Source: Paracoccus suum
GTDB taxonomy: Bacteria > Pseudomonadota > Alphaproteobacteria > Rhodobacterales > Rhodobacteraceae
DNA length: 32,000 nt
Reading direction: 5' to 3'
Assembly (NCBI RefSeq): GCF_003324675.1
Contig: NZ_CP030918.1
Location: 2,760,001 to 2,792,000 of the forward strand
This document shows positions 1-7,073 of this stretch, in pieces. Position 1 is the stretch's first letter. Each line of letters starts with the position of its first letter. The position numbers were made by a program, and so were the translations under genes. The notes beneath the pieces are model-generated. The model was not told the DNA's origin. It was given only the letters and a program-made list of their open reading frames with translations, and ran no database searches.

Positions 1-198
1 CGGGTGAACAACGCGATCAACTCGTTCCCGATCAGCTACGAGGTCGACGGCAAGCAGTACATCGCCGTCGCCGTGGGCAATGGGTCCAGCGCCGCACGCT
101 CTTGGGCGACGCTGACGCCCGAATTGCTGAACCCGGATGGCGGCTCGGCCCTGTGGGTATTTGCCGTTTCGGACGAGAAGAAAACGGCCGCCAACTGA
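1..198 (+). CDS. PQQ-dependent (quinoprotein) alcohol/methanol dehydrogenase, C-terminal fragment (5' end outside window)
   Basis: Frame 1 is open from the window edge to TGA 196-198. The tail NSFPISYEVDGKQYIAVAVGNGS...LWVFAVSD resembles the last propeller blade and C-terminus of PQQ dehydrogenases. The downstream MoxJ-like SBP and ABC-2 genes fit the known neighbourhood. Confidence 0.6.
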   Translation, partial: RVNNAINSFPISYEVDGKQYIAVAVGNGSSAARSWATLTPELLNPDGGSALWVFAVSDEKKTAAN

Positions 199-214
199 CG
201 GTCCACGCAAAAAC

Positions 215-249
215 GAAGGCAGCGGCGGGATGACGGCGCCGCTGCCTTC
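215..249 (+). terminator. Strong stem-loop after the dehydrogenase gene (terminator/attenuator or mRNA stabiliser)
   Basis: Perfect 13-bp inverted repeat GAAGGCAGCGGCG (215-227) / CGCCGCTGCCTTC (237-249) with a 9-nt loop, starting 17 nt after the stop. No clear T-tract follows, so it may not be a classical intrinsic terminator. Confidence 0.5.
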
Positions 250-270
250 CTGAACAATCGGGCATGGCGG

Positions 271-1104
271 ATGGCACCAGGAATGATCATTCGGGCCTGC
301 GCGTTGATTTCCGTCGGTCTCATGGGGTTTATGCCCATCGCGGCCCCGGCGCAGGATACGCCCTACATCGCAGAGCCGTGGCGCTACGGTCGAAACGACG
401 ACAAGAATACCTTGCGCTACTGCATCGACCCGAGGGATTCAGAGTGGAAGATCGCACAGGACATCGCCCAGCAGATCGCCGCGGCCCTGCTGCTGGAACC
501 CGCGCCCAAGATGATCGAGGACAAGCGGGTCACGGCGGGCTGGGACGTCCTTTACACCCATCTTCTGACGGATTGCGACGTCTACTTCGGCTTCAAGCTG
601 ATCCCGGGGGTTTATCCCGGTTGGGTGACGCTGACGCGCCCCTACTATGCCTCGACCTACGTGTTCGCCGTCACCGACCCAAGCTGGCAATCTCTCGCGG
701 ACATTCCGCCAGATCGGCCCATCGCGACGGCAATCGGCACCAGCGCGGATTTCAGCTTCATCAAATACCTGCAAACGCTGCCCCCTGCCCGCCAGTGGCC
801 ACGCTTTCCAATGGGCACCAACGAAGATGCCCTTGCGGCCCTTTCCAAAGGCACGGCGGCGGCCGCCTTGGTCTGGGGACCCGCCGTCTGGGCCGCGAAG
901 GAGGCGAACCCGGCCTATGCCGACCTGCGCCTGATTGCGCCCGACCCCTTGCCACCAACCACGCTGAACATGGGCGCAGCCATGCTGGGCAACCAGAGCT
1001 TTTTGCGCAGCAACGTCGACCGCGCCATTTCAGAGCTGACGGCAGACGGGACGATAGCCGCGATCCTGAAGGACCATGCTTTCCCCGCAGAGCCGGTTCC
1101 CTAG
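271..1104 (+). CDS. Quinoprotein-dehydrogenase-associated periplasmic substrate-binding protein (SBP family 3, MoxJ/PedA-like)
   Basis: 277-aa ORF with a signal-like N-terminus (MIIRACALISVGLMGFMPIAAPAQD) and the length and pattern of type-3 SBPs. It lies directly after the PQQ dehydrogenase and before the ABC-2 genes. An alternative start is ATG 283. Confidence 0.65.
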   Translation: MAPGMIIRACALISVGLMGFMPIAAPAQDTPYIAEPWRYGRNDDKNTLRYCIDPRDSEWKIAQDIAQQIAAALLLEPAPKMIEDKRVTAGWDVLYTHLLTDCDVYFGFKLIPGVYPGWVTLTRPYYASTYVFAVTDPSWQSLADIPPDRPIATAIGTSADFSFIKYLQTLPPARQWPRFPMGTNEDALAALSKGTAAAALVWGPAVWAAKEANPAYADLRLIAPDPLPPTTLNMGAAMLGNQSFLRSNVDRAISELTADGTIAAILKDHAFPAEPVP

Positions 1105-1174
1105 CGGCGAAGAGGAACTGCGCCCCCGTGGAGCTGGCGGGCGGCACCATCTGCCCGGCAGCCGGCAACCTGCC

Positions 1175-2152
1175 GTGAAGGGTGGGATCGTTGCCTGCGA
1201 TGTCGGCAAGCGCTTCGGACGGACGCTGGCGCTCGACAAGGTATCCCTGACCGTCCAACCCGGTCAGTTGTTCGCGCTTCTCGGGCCCAACGGCGCGGGC
1301 AAGACTACCCTTGTGCGGATTCTTACTACCCTGCTGCGGGCCGACAGCGGCACTGTTCTGGTGGACGGCAAGGATGTCGTGAAGCAGGCACAAGCCGCAC
1401 GCGCCAGCATCGGAGTGGTTTTTCAGGAGCCGAGCCTTGATGACCGGCTGACGGTGGGCGAGAACCTAGATTTCCACGGCCGGGTATATGGCGTTCCGGG
1501 ACCGCTGCGTCGCAAGCGCATCCACCAGATGCTGGATTTGGTCGAGTTGACCGATCAGCACGATCGACTGGTGCGCACGCTGTCCTCTGGCATGAAACGC
1601 CGCGTCGAGATTGCCCGAGCGCTGATCCACGACACGGCCATCCTGTTCATGGACGAGCCGACGGTGGGGCTCGACGTCCAGAGCCGCGCGCGGATCTGGG
1701 ACTATATCGCGCGCCTGCGTGACGAGCGTGACCTGACAGTGGTGGTGACCACCCACTACATTGAAGAGGTCGCGGGCTGCGACCGCGTTTGTATCATCGA
1801 CCAGGGCAAGGTTCTCGCCGCCGACACGCCCGCGGCTTTGCGGCGCAGGTACGGACAAGTTCTTTTGCGGGTCACACCGCGTGACGAGGAGACCCGGGCC
1901 CAGATCCTTGCCCTGGTCCCCGACGCCGCCCTGGATTCCCAAGGCTCGATCATCCTACCTGTCCCCGAGGAAGGTTTCGTCGACCGCTTTCTGGCGCGGT
2001 TCGGCCCGCATATCATCACCATGCATCTCGATGAGGCGACGCTCGAAAGCGTGTTCCTGTCCCTGACCGGGCGCGAGATCCGCGAGCGCGCGCCAAGCCC
2101 GCGCGAAAGGACCTATGCCTTCGCCCAACAAGGCGGAGAGCACACGCGATGA
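1175..2152 (+). CDS. ABC transporter ATP-binding protein (ABC-2/DrrA-like subfamily)
   Basis: Walker A GPNGAGKTT, signature LSSGMKRR, Walker B ILFMDEPTVGLD, H-loop TTHY. The track ORF starts at 1076 but would overlap the upstream gene. GTG 1175 is the first in-frame start after the upstream stop (1104). Confidence 0.85.
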   Translation: MKGGIVACDVGKRFGRTLALDKVSLTVQPGQLFALLGPNGAGKTTLVRILTTLLRADSGTVLVDGKDVVKQAQAARASIGVVFQEPSLDDRLTVGENLDFHGRVYGVPGPLRRKRIHQMLDLVELTDQHDRLVRTLSSGMKRRVEIARALIHDTAILFMDEPTVGLDVQSRARIWDYIARLRDERDLTVVVTTHYIEEVAGCDRVCIIDQGKVLAADTPAALRRRYGQVLLRVTPRDEETRAQILALVPDAALDSQGSIILPVPEEGFVDRFLARFGPHIITMHLDEATLESVFLSLTGREIRERAPSPRERTYAFAQQGGEHTR

Positions 2153-2973
2153 AGGCCGCCCGCTTCCACGCCATCCAGGTATCCGGGCTCTACGCGATCT
2201 GGCTGCGCGAGGTGAAACGCGCGATCCGCGATCGCGGACAACTGATCGGCGGGGTCAGCCGGCCGCTGCTCTGGGTGCTGATCCTCGGCATCGGACTAAA
2301 CCCCTACTTCCGGGGCGAGATCTATGGCGAGGTCCGCTTTGTCGTACCCTACACCTATCTGCAATTCATCTTTCCGGCCGTCATCGCCCTGAATATCCTC
2401 TATACCTCCGTGCAGTCCGCGGTGTCGGTGATCTGGGACCGCCAATTCGGTTTCATGCGTGAGGTGCTCGCCTCGCCGCTCTCGCGCGGTACGATCCTGC
2501 TGGGCAAGGTCCTGGGCGGCACCACGGTCGCGATGTTCCACGGCGCCATCGTCCTCGTGCTGGCGCGCTTTGTCGATGTGCCGCTGGCGCCCTGGGACGT
2601 CCTGCGGGCACTGGGCCTGATGTTCCTGATGGCCTTTGCTCTGACCTCTCTCGGTATCGTGCTGGCCAATCGCGTGCGCAGCTTCGAAGGCTTCGGCGTG
2701 TTCTCCAATGTCGTGATCCTCCCGCTTTACTTTACCTCGTCCTCGATCTTTCCGCTCGACCCGGCACTGACGGGCGCTCAGATGCGGATCGTCTATCCCG
2801 AGTGGCTGGTGACTCTCGTGCGCCTCAACCCCATGACCTATGCCGTTGATGCGCTGCGGGGCGTGCTGATCCATTACAACCAGTTCGATCCGCATTACGG
2901 ACCGGCGGTCCTGATTGCGATGGCGGTGGTATTCTTCGTCATCGCGCTGGGGGATTTCCGGAGACTGGAATGA
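2149..2973 (+). CDS. ABC-2 type transporter permease
   Basis: 274-aa polytopic membrane protein of ABC-2 permease type (about 6 hydrophobic segments). ATG 2149 overlaps the upstream TGA (ATGA), indicating translational coupling to the ATPase. Confidence 0.8.
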   Translation: MKAARFHAIQVSGLYAIWLREVKRAIRDRGQLIGGVSRPLLWVLILGIGLNPYFRGEIYGEVRFVVPYTYLQFIFPAVIALNILYTSVQSAVSVIWDRQFGFMREVLASPLSRGTILLGKVLGGTTVAMFHGAIVLVLARFVDVPLAPWDVLRALGLMFLMAFALTSLGIVLANRVRSFEGFGVFSNVVILPLYFTSSSIFPLDPALTGAQMRIVYPEWLVTLVRLNPMTYAVDALRGVLIHYNQFDPHYGPAVLIAMAVVFFVIALGDFRRLE

Positions 2974-3767
2974 GCAGGTGGCGCCGCGCCTTTCGCGATC
3001 TGTCACCGCTTGCTCTGACCGCTGGGCTGCTCGCCGCGGTCTACCTGCTGCCGCCCGACACGTCGCTCGCCGAGGTCCGCCGCCTTGGCGCGCTCGATGT
3101 TTGCGTCCCGCTTTCCTATCCGCCGCTCGTGACTGGCGATGCGGGCCGGCCTGGGTTCGAGGTCGAACTGCTGCAGCAGGCCGCGCAGCGCATGGGATTG
3201 AGGCTTACGCTCAACACGGTTCCGGCGATGGGCGAGAGCTTCAATCCGCGTAGTTGGCGGATCACGAGGGCGCGCTGCCATGTTGTTGCTGGCGGGGTGA
3301 CGGATACGCCGGCGACTCGGTCTTTTCTGGACCTGACGCTGCCCCATGCGCAAACCGGCTGGGGGATGATGTCGCCACGCGAGGATGTCGGACTCGAGGG
3401 CCGCTCCGTAGGGGTCCTGATCGATTCCTCGGGCGCGGATAGGCTGGCAGTATCGTCTGTCTTGCGCAACGCGAAAGCCCGGCCCCAGTTGTTCCGCAGC
3501 CCTGATGCGCTGGTCAAGGCGCTTTCCGCCGGGAGCATCGACGTCGCGATCGGGGATCGGTTGCTGCTCGATCAGATAGCGAGCGGGCATGGTTGGTCGT
3601 TGCGCCCAGTTCCCGGCCTGCCGGCGCAGCAAGGGCTGGCCTTCGGATTGTGGAAGGGCGATCTCACACTTAAGCGAGCGCTGAACGCTGCACTGGCGGA
3701 CCTTGATCGCGACGGCACGACCGACATGCTGAGGCAAAAGTACCTCGGCGCGTTCACGGGCGCCTGA
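2970..3767 (+). CDS. Second SBP-family-3-like periplasmic/membrane-anchored binding protein of the dehydrogenase-associated module
   Basis: 265-aa ORF with one N-terminal hydrophobic segment (LSPLALTAGLLAAVYLLPP). The rest resembles polar-amino-acid/MoxJ-type SBPs (GSIDVAIGD, LAFGLWKGD). ATGA overlap with the permease stop at 2970-2973. Confidence 0.6.
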   Translation: MSRWRRAFRDLSPLALTAGLLAAVYLLPPDTSLAEVRRLGALDVCVPLSYPPLVTGDAGRPGFEVELLQQAAQRMGLRLTLNTVPAMGESFNPRSWRITRARCHVVAGGVTDTPATRSFLDLTLPHAQTGWGMMSPREDVGLEGRSVGVLIDSSGADRLAVSSVLRNAKARPQLFRSPDALVKALSAGSIDVAIGDRLLLDQIASGHGWSLRPVPGLPAQQGLAFGLWKGDLTLKRALNAALADLDRDGTTDMLRQKYLGAFTGA

Positions 3768-4382
3768 TCAGCCCCCGACGATAGCCCGCGTCAGCGTCCT
3801 CATGAGCGGCGCGAGAAGCCCCCCGGCCAAACCGCTGCCGATCAGCACCGTGGCAAAGGCGTAGGGAAGGATGCGTGGCAAGCGCGCGTTCGGCAGACGA
3901 TGCGGAAAGGCCACGCTCAGGAAGTGCGCGCCGGTAAAGGGCGGCGCGGGTACAAGGTTGATGGCGGCGAACGCGATCGACTGCGCGGCCAGCATGACCA
4001 GGAAAGTGGACAAGTTGAGAGTCAGGCTGCCCGACTGCATCTGGATCAACGGCTGTCTGGCGAAACTGGCGACGGCGGCAAGGCAGAGGATCGACACGAT
4101 GCCGCACGCGGCGACCAGTCCTTCGCCAAACCGACCCTGACGCATCAATTGCGGGTCCAGCACGATCGGGCGGATCCAACCAAAGCCAAAAACGACCATG
4201 CTGATCGCACCCACCGGGTCCATCTGGTCGAAGGGATTGAGCGAGCGGCGCCCTTCATAACCCGGTCCGGGGTCACCCGCATATCCCGCCGCCGCCGCCA
4301 AGACGAAGCCATGGATGGCACAAATGATGGCGGTTGCCGCCAATCGGAAAAGCAGGTCCTGGATCGAGATATTCACAACCAC
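3768..4382 (-). CDS. M50 (site-2 protease/COG1994)-like integral membrane protein with degenerate active site
   Basis: The family core is conserved (SLNPFDQMDPVGAI...FGFGWIRPIVLDP...AINLVPAPPFTG). HExxH is replaced by HGFVL (4299-4313) and the PPLDG Asp by Thr (codon 3933-3935). I place the start at GTG 4380-4382, preceded by GGAGAGAGG 6 nt upstream. The track ORF extends to 4661 in poorly coding-like sequence. Confidence 0.6.
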   Translation of the reverse strand: MVVNISIQDLLFRLAATAIICAIHGFVLAAAAGYAGDPGPGYEGRRSLNPFDQMDPVGAISMVVFGFGWIRPIVLDPQLMRQGRFGEGLVAACGIVSILCLAAVASFARQPLIQMQSGSLTLNLSTFLVMLAAQSIAFAAINLVPAPPFTGAHFLSVAFPHRLPNARLPRILPYAFATVLIGSGLAGGLLAPLMRTLTRAIVGG

Positions 4383-4812
4383 GCCCCGCCTCTCTCCATC
4401 AAGGCCCAGCTCCAGAGAATGCCTTACATTTGGAGAGATTGCGACTGCCGCGCGCGAAGGATCGCTACCGCCAGAACCATCCGCCCCGACACTCCCACTT
4501 GCCGCTGCCCGAGGGTGTTTGCCATTTTGACCAGATGTTATCCGGGGGCACCGGATGCGGCCAGTCAGTTGCCACGAGCCAGCGACGCTGCACCCATTCG
4601 GCTGACCCCACGGTCGCGCCAGCACTCTGTCGGCCGGCCTTTCGCTCAGTCGGCGATCCAACCGGCCAACCGCCCCGCCCGACCTGGTGCGCGAAACGGC
4701 GTGGCTCTTTCACTTTTCGAGAGCACGCAAATTTTCTCGATACTCGCCGCGATCTTGCCGTCCGGCCCCATCTCGGCCAAGCTGCAACCAATAATAAACA
4801 AAAGAGCAGCCC

Positions 4813-5328
4813 ATGAAATCTCGTCGTCCTGCCCGGAGCATCGTCCTGGTGGCGATCATGCTTGCGAGCCTGTCCGGCTGCGGCATGTTCAAGCGGCACT
4901 CCGAACTCGAGTGCATGGAGCGCGCGATGGCGTTCGAATCCAACCGCTCCAGCCGGGACGGGATGGTCGCGGTCGGCAGCGTCGTGATGAACCGGGTCGC
5001 ATCCGGCAAGTACCCCCGGACCGTCTGCGGTGTCGTCTCGCAGCGAAACCAGTTTGCCCCGGGGGTGATGACGCGCAAGATGGACCGGCGCTCGGCTCCC
5101 ATGGTTCGCGAGGCTGCCGCTTCGGTTCTGCGCGGCGAGCGCCATCCCATGATCGGCAATGCACAGTTCTTCCACGCCGCAAATTACCGCGCCGGCTACA
5201 ACAACATGCATTATGTGCTGACCACCGGCGGCAATGCCTTTTACGAGCGGCGCCGGCCCGAACTGGTGACCCAGCCGTATCCCGCCCCGCCGATCGAGGG
5301 GATCACCCCCGCGGGCAAGATCAGGTAG
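4813..5328 (+). CDS. Cell-wall hydrolase, SleB/Hydrolase_2 family lipoprotein
   Basis: Lipobox LASLSGC follows a basic N-terminus. MERAMAFESNRSSRDGMVAVGSVVMNRV...VCGVVSQRNQFAP...FFHA matches the SleB-type domain. Confidence 0.8.
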   Translation: MKSRRPARSIVLVAIMLASLSGCGMFKRHSELECMERAMAFESNRSSRDGMVAVGSVVMNRVASGKYPRTVCGVVSQRNQFAPGVMTRKMDRRSAPMVREAAASVLRGERHPMIGNAQFFHAANYRAGYNNMHYVLTTGGNAFYERRRPELVTQPYPAPPIEGITPAGKIR

Positions 5329-5693
5329 TTTATCGCTAAGGGCGATCAACCTGCCTTGGGCCATTAGCTCCCGAAGGACGAGAGGTTACCCTCGGCGTCG
5401 CTTCAGACGAACTCCCGGTTGCCATAGTCGCGATCGAACCAAATCGTCCCGCGTCAACTCGCTGGCGCGCAGCAGCGGGCCGTTCTGCATTATCCAGCTC
5501 ATTCATTCGCGCCGCTGTTGCGCCAGCTTCGTCGTGGGTCCCAGTTCCCGCGCGTGATAATCCCGCGGCAGCAGGGATCGCGGTTCCGGAGGCAGACAAA
5601 GCTGCTGTTCGTCGGAGTGGGACCGCTCTGGCGATTATGCAGCGGCGGCCGGGGCTACCCGACAATCCTCGCCCACACTTCTTCATCAAACCT

Positions 5694-5725
5694 TCACCTC
5701 GGGGCCACCCAAGCGTCACCTCGGG
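5694..5725 (+). promoter_or_regulatory. Exact 10-bp direct repeat TCACCTCGGG x2, 22-bp register, upstream of ugpB (candidate regulator site)
   Basis: TCACCTCGGG occurs at 5694-5703 and 5716-5725, 42-73 bp upstream of ATG 5767. The 22-bp spacing equals two helical turns. Function is not demonstrated. Confidence 0.25.
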
Positions 5726-5766
5726 CGGCCATAGCGCCTGCAAGAAAAATTGCAGGAGTACCGAAC

Positions 5767-7014
5767 ATGCTATCGAAACTGCACATCGCGGGTCTTGTCG
5801 CACTGTTGTCGACAACCGCCGCACACGCCGACGTCACGGTCAAATTCTGGCACAGCTTTGGCGGCAAGTCGGGCGAGGCGCTGGCGTCCATCATCGAGAA
5901 ATTCGAGGCCGCAAATCCCGGCATCAAGATCGATGCCCAGCATATCGGCAATTACGAAGAGATCGTCACCCAGCTGCAGGCGGCCATCCCGGCAAAGCGC
6001 GGACCCGACGCAGTGGTGATGGAGGTCACGCGCTATGGCCTGTTTGCCGAGCGCGGCGTGCTGGCCGACCTGACGGCTTACCTGGATGCCGACCCGCTCA
6101 AGGACAACCTCTACCCCTTTGCGAAGGAGATCGGGATCTACAAGGGCAAGAACTATATCGTGCCCTTCAACTCCTCGACCCCGGTCACCTACGTCAACCG
6201 GGACATCTTCAAGCGCGCCGGCTTCGCAGAGTTGCCGCCGCTGACCGCCTTTGACGAGGTGTTGGGAGCGGCGCAGAAAATCATGACAGAGTTGGGGGAC
6301 GAGGGGATTCGCGGCATCGCGGCGCCCGGGCAGTTCACGCGCTGGGCCCTGGTCATGGGCAACGGCAGCGAGTTGATCGACCGGACGACGAACGAAATCC
6401 TGCTCGATTCGCCCGCCACGATCGATGCCTACGAATGGATGTCGTCGCTGGTGCACGAACATGACGTCGCCTCGCCCGACACCGTGACAAACGAGGATGC
6501 GGGCGACGAGGCCTTCCTTGCCGGAAAGGTCGGCATCATCTTCAACTCGACTGGCAACTTTGGCGGTAATTACAAGGCGCTGGGTGAAAACCTCGGCGTT
6601 CTGCCGATGCCCTGCAACGACGGTTGCTCGGTCCCCATCGGCGGCGCGGGGATCGGCATCCTCGAGAGCGCCAAGCCTGAGGTCAAGGACGCTGCCTACA
6701 AGTTCATGAGCTTCGCGGCCGGTCCTGAATCGAATGCCTCATGGTTCGCGGCCACCGGCTACATGCCGATCAACCGTCTGACCGCCGAGCAGCCTGCCGC
6801 CATTCAGGCGATGGCCGATCAGCCTGGGATCGACGTCGCAATCAAGCAACTCGACGTGGCGCATGGCCGAGCTCGCCCGCCGGTCGTCACGTGGATGCGT
6901 ACCAACGAGTACGATCTGTGGCAGGCGATGGCGCTGGGAAAGCGCGGGGTCAAGGACGTGCTGACCGACTTTGCGACCCGGACCCGGGCCGAGGCTGATC
7001 GTCTGAGCAAATAA
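5767..7014 (+). CDS. ugpB: sn-glycerol-3-phosphate/glycerophosphodiester ABC transporter substrate-binding protein (SBP family 1)
   Basis: The start ATG 5767 is preceded by AGGAG (5754-5758). Signal peptide MLSKLHIAGLVALLSTTAAHA, then VTVKFWHSFGG...GNYEE typical of UgpB-like CUT1 SBPs. The operon context includes a GDPD gene. The track ORF from 5518 is an upstream read-through. Confidence 0.8.
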   Translation: MLSKLHIAGLVALLSTTAAHADVTVKFWHSFGGKSGEALASIIEKFEAANPGIKIDAQHIGNYEEIVTQLQAAIPAKRGPDAVVMEVTRYGLFAERGVLADLTAYLDADPLKDNLYPFAKEIGIYKGKNYIVPFNSSTPVTYVNRDIFKRAGFAELPPLTAFDEVLGAAQKIMTELGDEGIRGIAAPGQFTRWALVMGNGSELIDRTTNEILLDSPATIDAYEWMSSLVHEHDVASPDTVTNEDAGDEAFLAGKVGIIFNSTGNFGGNYKALGENLGVLPMPCNDGCSVPIGGAGIGILESAKPEVKDAAYKFMSFAAGPESNASWFAATGYMPINRLTAEQPAAIQAMADQPGIDVAIKQLDVAHGRARPPVVTWMRTNEYDLWQAMALGKRGVKDVLTDFATRTRAEADRLSK

Positions 7015-7030
7015 CGCTGACCTCCAACCA

Positions 7031-7056
7031 GGCGGGCCCGAACTCTCGGGTCCGCC
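7031..7056 (+). terminator. Intercistronic stem-loop after the SBP gene (partial terminator/mRNA stabiliser)
   Basis: GGCGGGCCCGA (7031-7041), loop ACTC, then TCGGGTCCGCC (7046-7056). The stem is 11 bp including one G-U, begins 17 nt after the ugpB stop and is followed by a short TTT. Confidence 0.5.
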
Positions 7057-7073
7057 ATCGTTTCCCGGAATCC

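Noticed and set aside
4383-4661. 93-codon N-terminal extension of the M50-like ORF (track start TTG 4661)
   Set aside because: Homologous COG1994 proteins start shortly before the HExxH helix. The extension has falling third-position G+C and rare codons. A GTG with a good GGAGAGAGG Shine-Dalgarno sits at 4382. It is retained only as an alternative.
3900-5339. 479-aa plus-strand ORF (and 4465-5364 minus, 299 aa) crossing the M50-like gene, the spacer and sleB
   Set aside because: These ORFs overlap two better-supported genes on different frames or strands. The translations are Arg/Pro/Gly-rich without motifs.
5432-5440. GATCGAACC (complement GGTTCGATC), resembling a tRNA T-loop
   Set aside because: No complementary T-stem, acceptor stem or anticodon arm could be built around it. 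It is not a tRNA or a tRNA-derived att site.
5336-5824. 162-aa minus-strand ORF, and an internal 56-codon ORF starting MNELDNAERP, in the ugpB upstream region
   Set aside because: Third-position G+C is only about 50 percent in a genome where real genes are strongly GC3-biased. There is no Shine-Dalgarno and no recognisable domain.
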